From assembly GCF_009914755.1 (NCBI RefSeq), contig NC_060935.1: a DNA stretch of 64,000 nt. One strand, given 5' to 3'. Source of the DNA: the human T2T-CHM13v2.0 reference genome, Homo sapiens. Below the pieces are notes generated by a model. It was given only the letters and a program-made list of their open reading frames with translations, had not been told where the DNA came from and searched no databases. Shown here piece after piece: positions 61,031 through 64,000 of the stretch. Positions within the stretch are counted from its first letter, which is position 1; each line of letters begins with the position of its first letter. A program made the translations under genes and the position numbers.

Positions 61031-62976
61031 CTACCATCCCTTCTTCATGTGAACACCCTCTTTGTGTCTAACACTCACACTGGCCGTCACCTCTGTGGGA
61101 ATGCCCTTTCCACTCTTCTCAGGCTTTGAAACTCACCGTAAACCTCCTTCCACGTGGATGTCTTCTTCACCCTGCTCAAGCTTTGCCACCCTGTGCCTGA
61201 TTCCCCACCCACCCCATCTGTGTCTTCCACATGAATGTCCTCTGATACCCATGCCTGGCCACCCTCCATGTAGACTCTCTTCTCTCCTTCCTCAGGCTTT
61301 GAACATTCGCCAAGATGCTCCCTGCCCTCCTCCAAGAGGACATTCTTCTCACCCACCCAGGCTCAGACCCAAGTGGCCCTCCTAGACAGGTGCTCTCTTA
61401 ACTCAGCTCAGTTCAATGCCCTCCACTGCACTACTGAGGCTCCCTCCACCTCCGCATCAGGTACAGAGGTCCGTCTTGCTCTGCCTACCTAAAGGTGTTA
61501 GAATCAAACTCTTCAATAAGGGAAGGAAAGAGAAGTGAAAGATCTCACAGTTTCTTTGAGACAAATTTATCATATCTGGTATGTTTCTTTCCATTTTTGC
61601 TCCCCCAGTTCTCTTGCTCCAGGCTGTCACATGTCTGCGGACAAGTTTTACCCTTAATATCTGCCATGAGTAGTTTTATACAATTGAAAAAGATTTACTG
61701 AGCAATATATCCTTGATTTGATCCTTGCCTTTAGGTAATATAATTTGTTGAAAGATTTTATTGGCATCTATCCTGAAATTGCTTTTTGACTCTTAAGTTT
61801 TACTATATGGTGTCCAGAAGCAATTGGCTTTTCAATCCTGCAAAGTTCTAATTCTTAAATTTCCCCATTTCCTTTCATTTCTGCTTTCAAACTGGGAAAT
61901 TCTTCCCTTGGCTTATTTCTTATAGTATCTAGCCAAACATGACAAACATCACTAAACAAACACTCCAACATTATGTTTTCCCCTTGAGTGCCAGCTTCAC
62001 TTAAATATGATCTACTTCCCAAGTTACATAGGTGACAGTTTTACTAAATATTTGGTTACAATATAACATGAATCACAACCTTTGTAGCCTCTGATATTAG
62101 TTGTCTTGCCAATGGCCATCTAACTGTGAAGTCAGTGCCACATATTTGGTTGCTTTTTACACAGACTCCCAACTTTCGGTATGGAAGCCTGTATTAATCA
62201 GAGTAGACTAATTATGTTTTGATAGCAAATGATTCAACGTTTCAGTGCCTTAATACAACAAAATTTGATTTCTTGATGGCATTTTATGTCCTACTCTTGT
62301 TGTGGGGGTGGGGGGTGTGGAGTGAAGGTCCTGTTTTGCATAGTCACTCAGGGACTCAGGCTGTCAAAGGTCCTGCCATTCTGTATCTATACTATCTGAA
62401 ATGACCACTCCCTAGTTGCTTCAGCAGGGGATAGAGACCGAAGAAGCATGCATGGGCTTTTTATTGCCTCATATCAAACTTGATATACATTACTTATGGT
62501 CACATTTCAATGGCCAGAATTAGCTATGTGGTCCCAGCCAACTGCAAAGGAGCAGAACGTGCAGCTTCTATGTGCCAAAAAGGAGAGAACAAAATATTGG
62601 CAAACGGTTGTACTACTTCTACAATACACCATTCGTTGGTTGATTCCAGTGGTGAGTCTCATTCCACCATGTTATTATTTATGAGATGTATTTTACACTA
62701 ATTCAACAGACATTTATTGAGTTCCTAATGTGTCCTAGTATTCCTTTAGACACTGAATATATCTATACACAGATATATTAGTTCAGTGATATATCAGTAA
62801 ACAAAAGTGACAAAACCTACCTACCCTCATTTTTAATGGGCTGGACAGACAAATTTTTAGCTGCTAAGTGCCATTAGGGAAAATTAAAGCAGAAAAGGAG
62901 GTTAGGGCTTTCTGGTGGAGGGATGAGATTTAAAAGCTTAAATATTTCAGTTGGGAAAGCCTGCTACAACAGTCAT

Positions 62977-63434
62977 TGTGGCAAGCTGAATAATGACCCC
63001 CCAAAATGTCCATATCCTAATCCCTGGAACCTGCAAATATGTGACCTTACTTGGCAAAAGGGACTTTGAATCAGTGACCAAATCTTGGTCACTTGATCAT
63101 GAGGTGGGGAGATCATCCTAAATTATCCAGGCAGGCCCTATGTAATCATGAGGGTCTTTACAAAATGGCAGGGGGGTTAGAGTCAGAGAAGGCAACGTGA
63201 TGATGAAAGCGGAGAAAGAAAGAGATTTGAAGATGCCATGATGATGGCTTTGAAGATGGAGAATGGGGCCTGGAGCCAAGAAATATGGGCAGCCTCTAGA
63301 ATATGGAAAAGACAAGGCAATAGCCCTGCTGACATTTTGACCTCTAGACTTCTGGCCTACAGAACTGTGAGATAATAAATTTGTGCTGTTTTAAGATGCT
63401 ACGTTTGTGTTAATTTGTTACAAGAACAATAACA
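62977..63434 (+). mobile_element. MLT1D-like LTR inserted in an antisense L2 (~62690-64000)
   Basis: Starts 'tgtggcaagctgaataatgacccccc...cctaatccctggaacctg'; L2-like sequence on both sides. Confidence 0.75.
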
Positions 63435-64000
63435 TTTGAAGGAAGCACTGAGGGAAGTAAGGAAAAGAACCATGTGGATATTTCAGGGAAGAACTTCCTG
63501 GGCAGATAGAACAAATATGAAGCCCCTGAGACAGGAGTGTGTTTGTCACATACAAGGAACAGAAAGGAAGCCAGTATGGCTGAAGCCAAATGAAGGAGGA
63601 AGAGGCTTCCGGGAGATGAGTTAGAGGCAGTGCACTGTCAGTTCATGCAGCGGTCTGCAGGTCACTACAATGATTTGGTTTTCATTTTGAGTTAGATGGA
63701 AGCCATTGGAGGATTTTAAATTGAAAAGCCACCTAAATTGCCTTATATTTAAAAGTAATCACTACTTAGTGATTCCTTTATCACTATCAACAACAGAGAG
63801 TAGGAGAGCAAGGGTGGAATCAGGGAGATCATTGAGCAAATATAAATAGTCCATGTGAGAAATGATGATAGCATGGTCCAGGGTGATAAAAGAGGAGGTG
63901 CTAAAGGGCAGTCAGGTTCAGGATCTATTCTGAAAATAGATCCTAGGAGACTCACTGATTGGGCATGAGATGTGAATCAAGAATGACTGAGGTTTGGGGC

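Overview
Primate (almost certainly human) genomic DNA, repeat-rich and eukaryotic, so most entries in the ORF track are noise or repeat-derived. The only protein-coding content I can support is the last four coding exons of an NXPE-family gene that I recognise as NXPE2 (FAM55B), on the + strand: 9356-10089, 15282-15343, 17072-17287 and 17686-18221. All three introns are GT-AG and the phases join into a 515-aa open frame; the N-terminal exons lie upstream of the window. A candidate ATTAAA poly(A) signal follows at 18333. The remaining ~45 kb is a non-coding mosaic of L1, Alu, MIR, L2 and L3 elements, MaLR/ERV LTRs (MLT1, THE1, MST, MER54, MER11), DNA-transposon relics (MER8, MER44A, MER2, MER63A, MER58A, MER3/33, MER5A) and microsatellites; many insertions have readable target-site duplications (TSDs). 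Repeat subfamily names come from recalled consensus sequences, not a database search. I see no evidence of a new multi-gene system. The most interesting items are: (i) atypical catalytic motifs in NXPE2 (GDSxxH and NxxH rather than GDSxxR and DxxH), plus an in-frame skippable exon carrying the predicted nucleophile; (ii) an unexplained tandem-plus-inverted fold-back element at 48488-48720; (iii) a tailless 33-nt U2 snRNA retrocopy with a TSD inside an L1; (iv) a 78-bp templated duplication in an NXPE2 intron.
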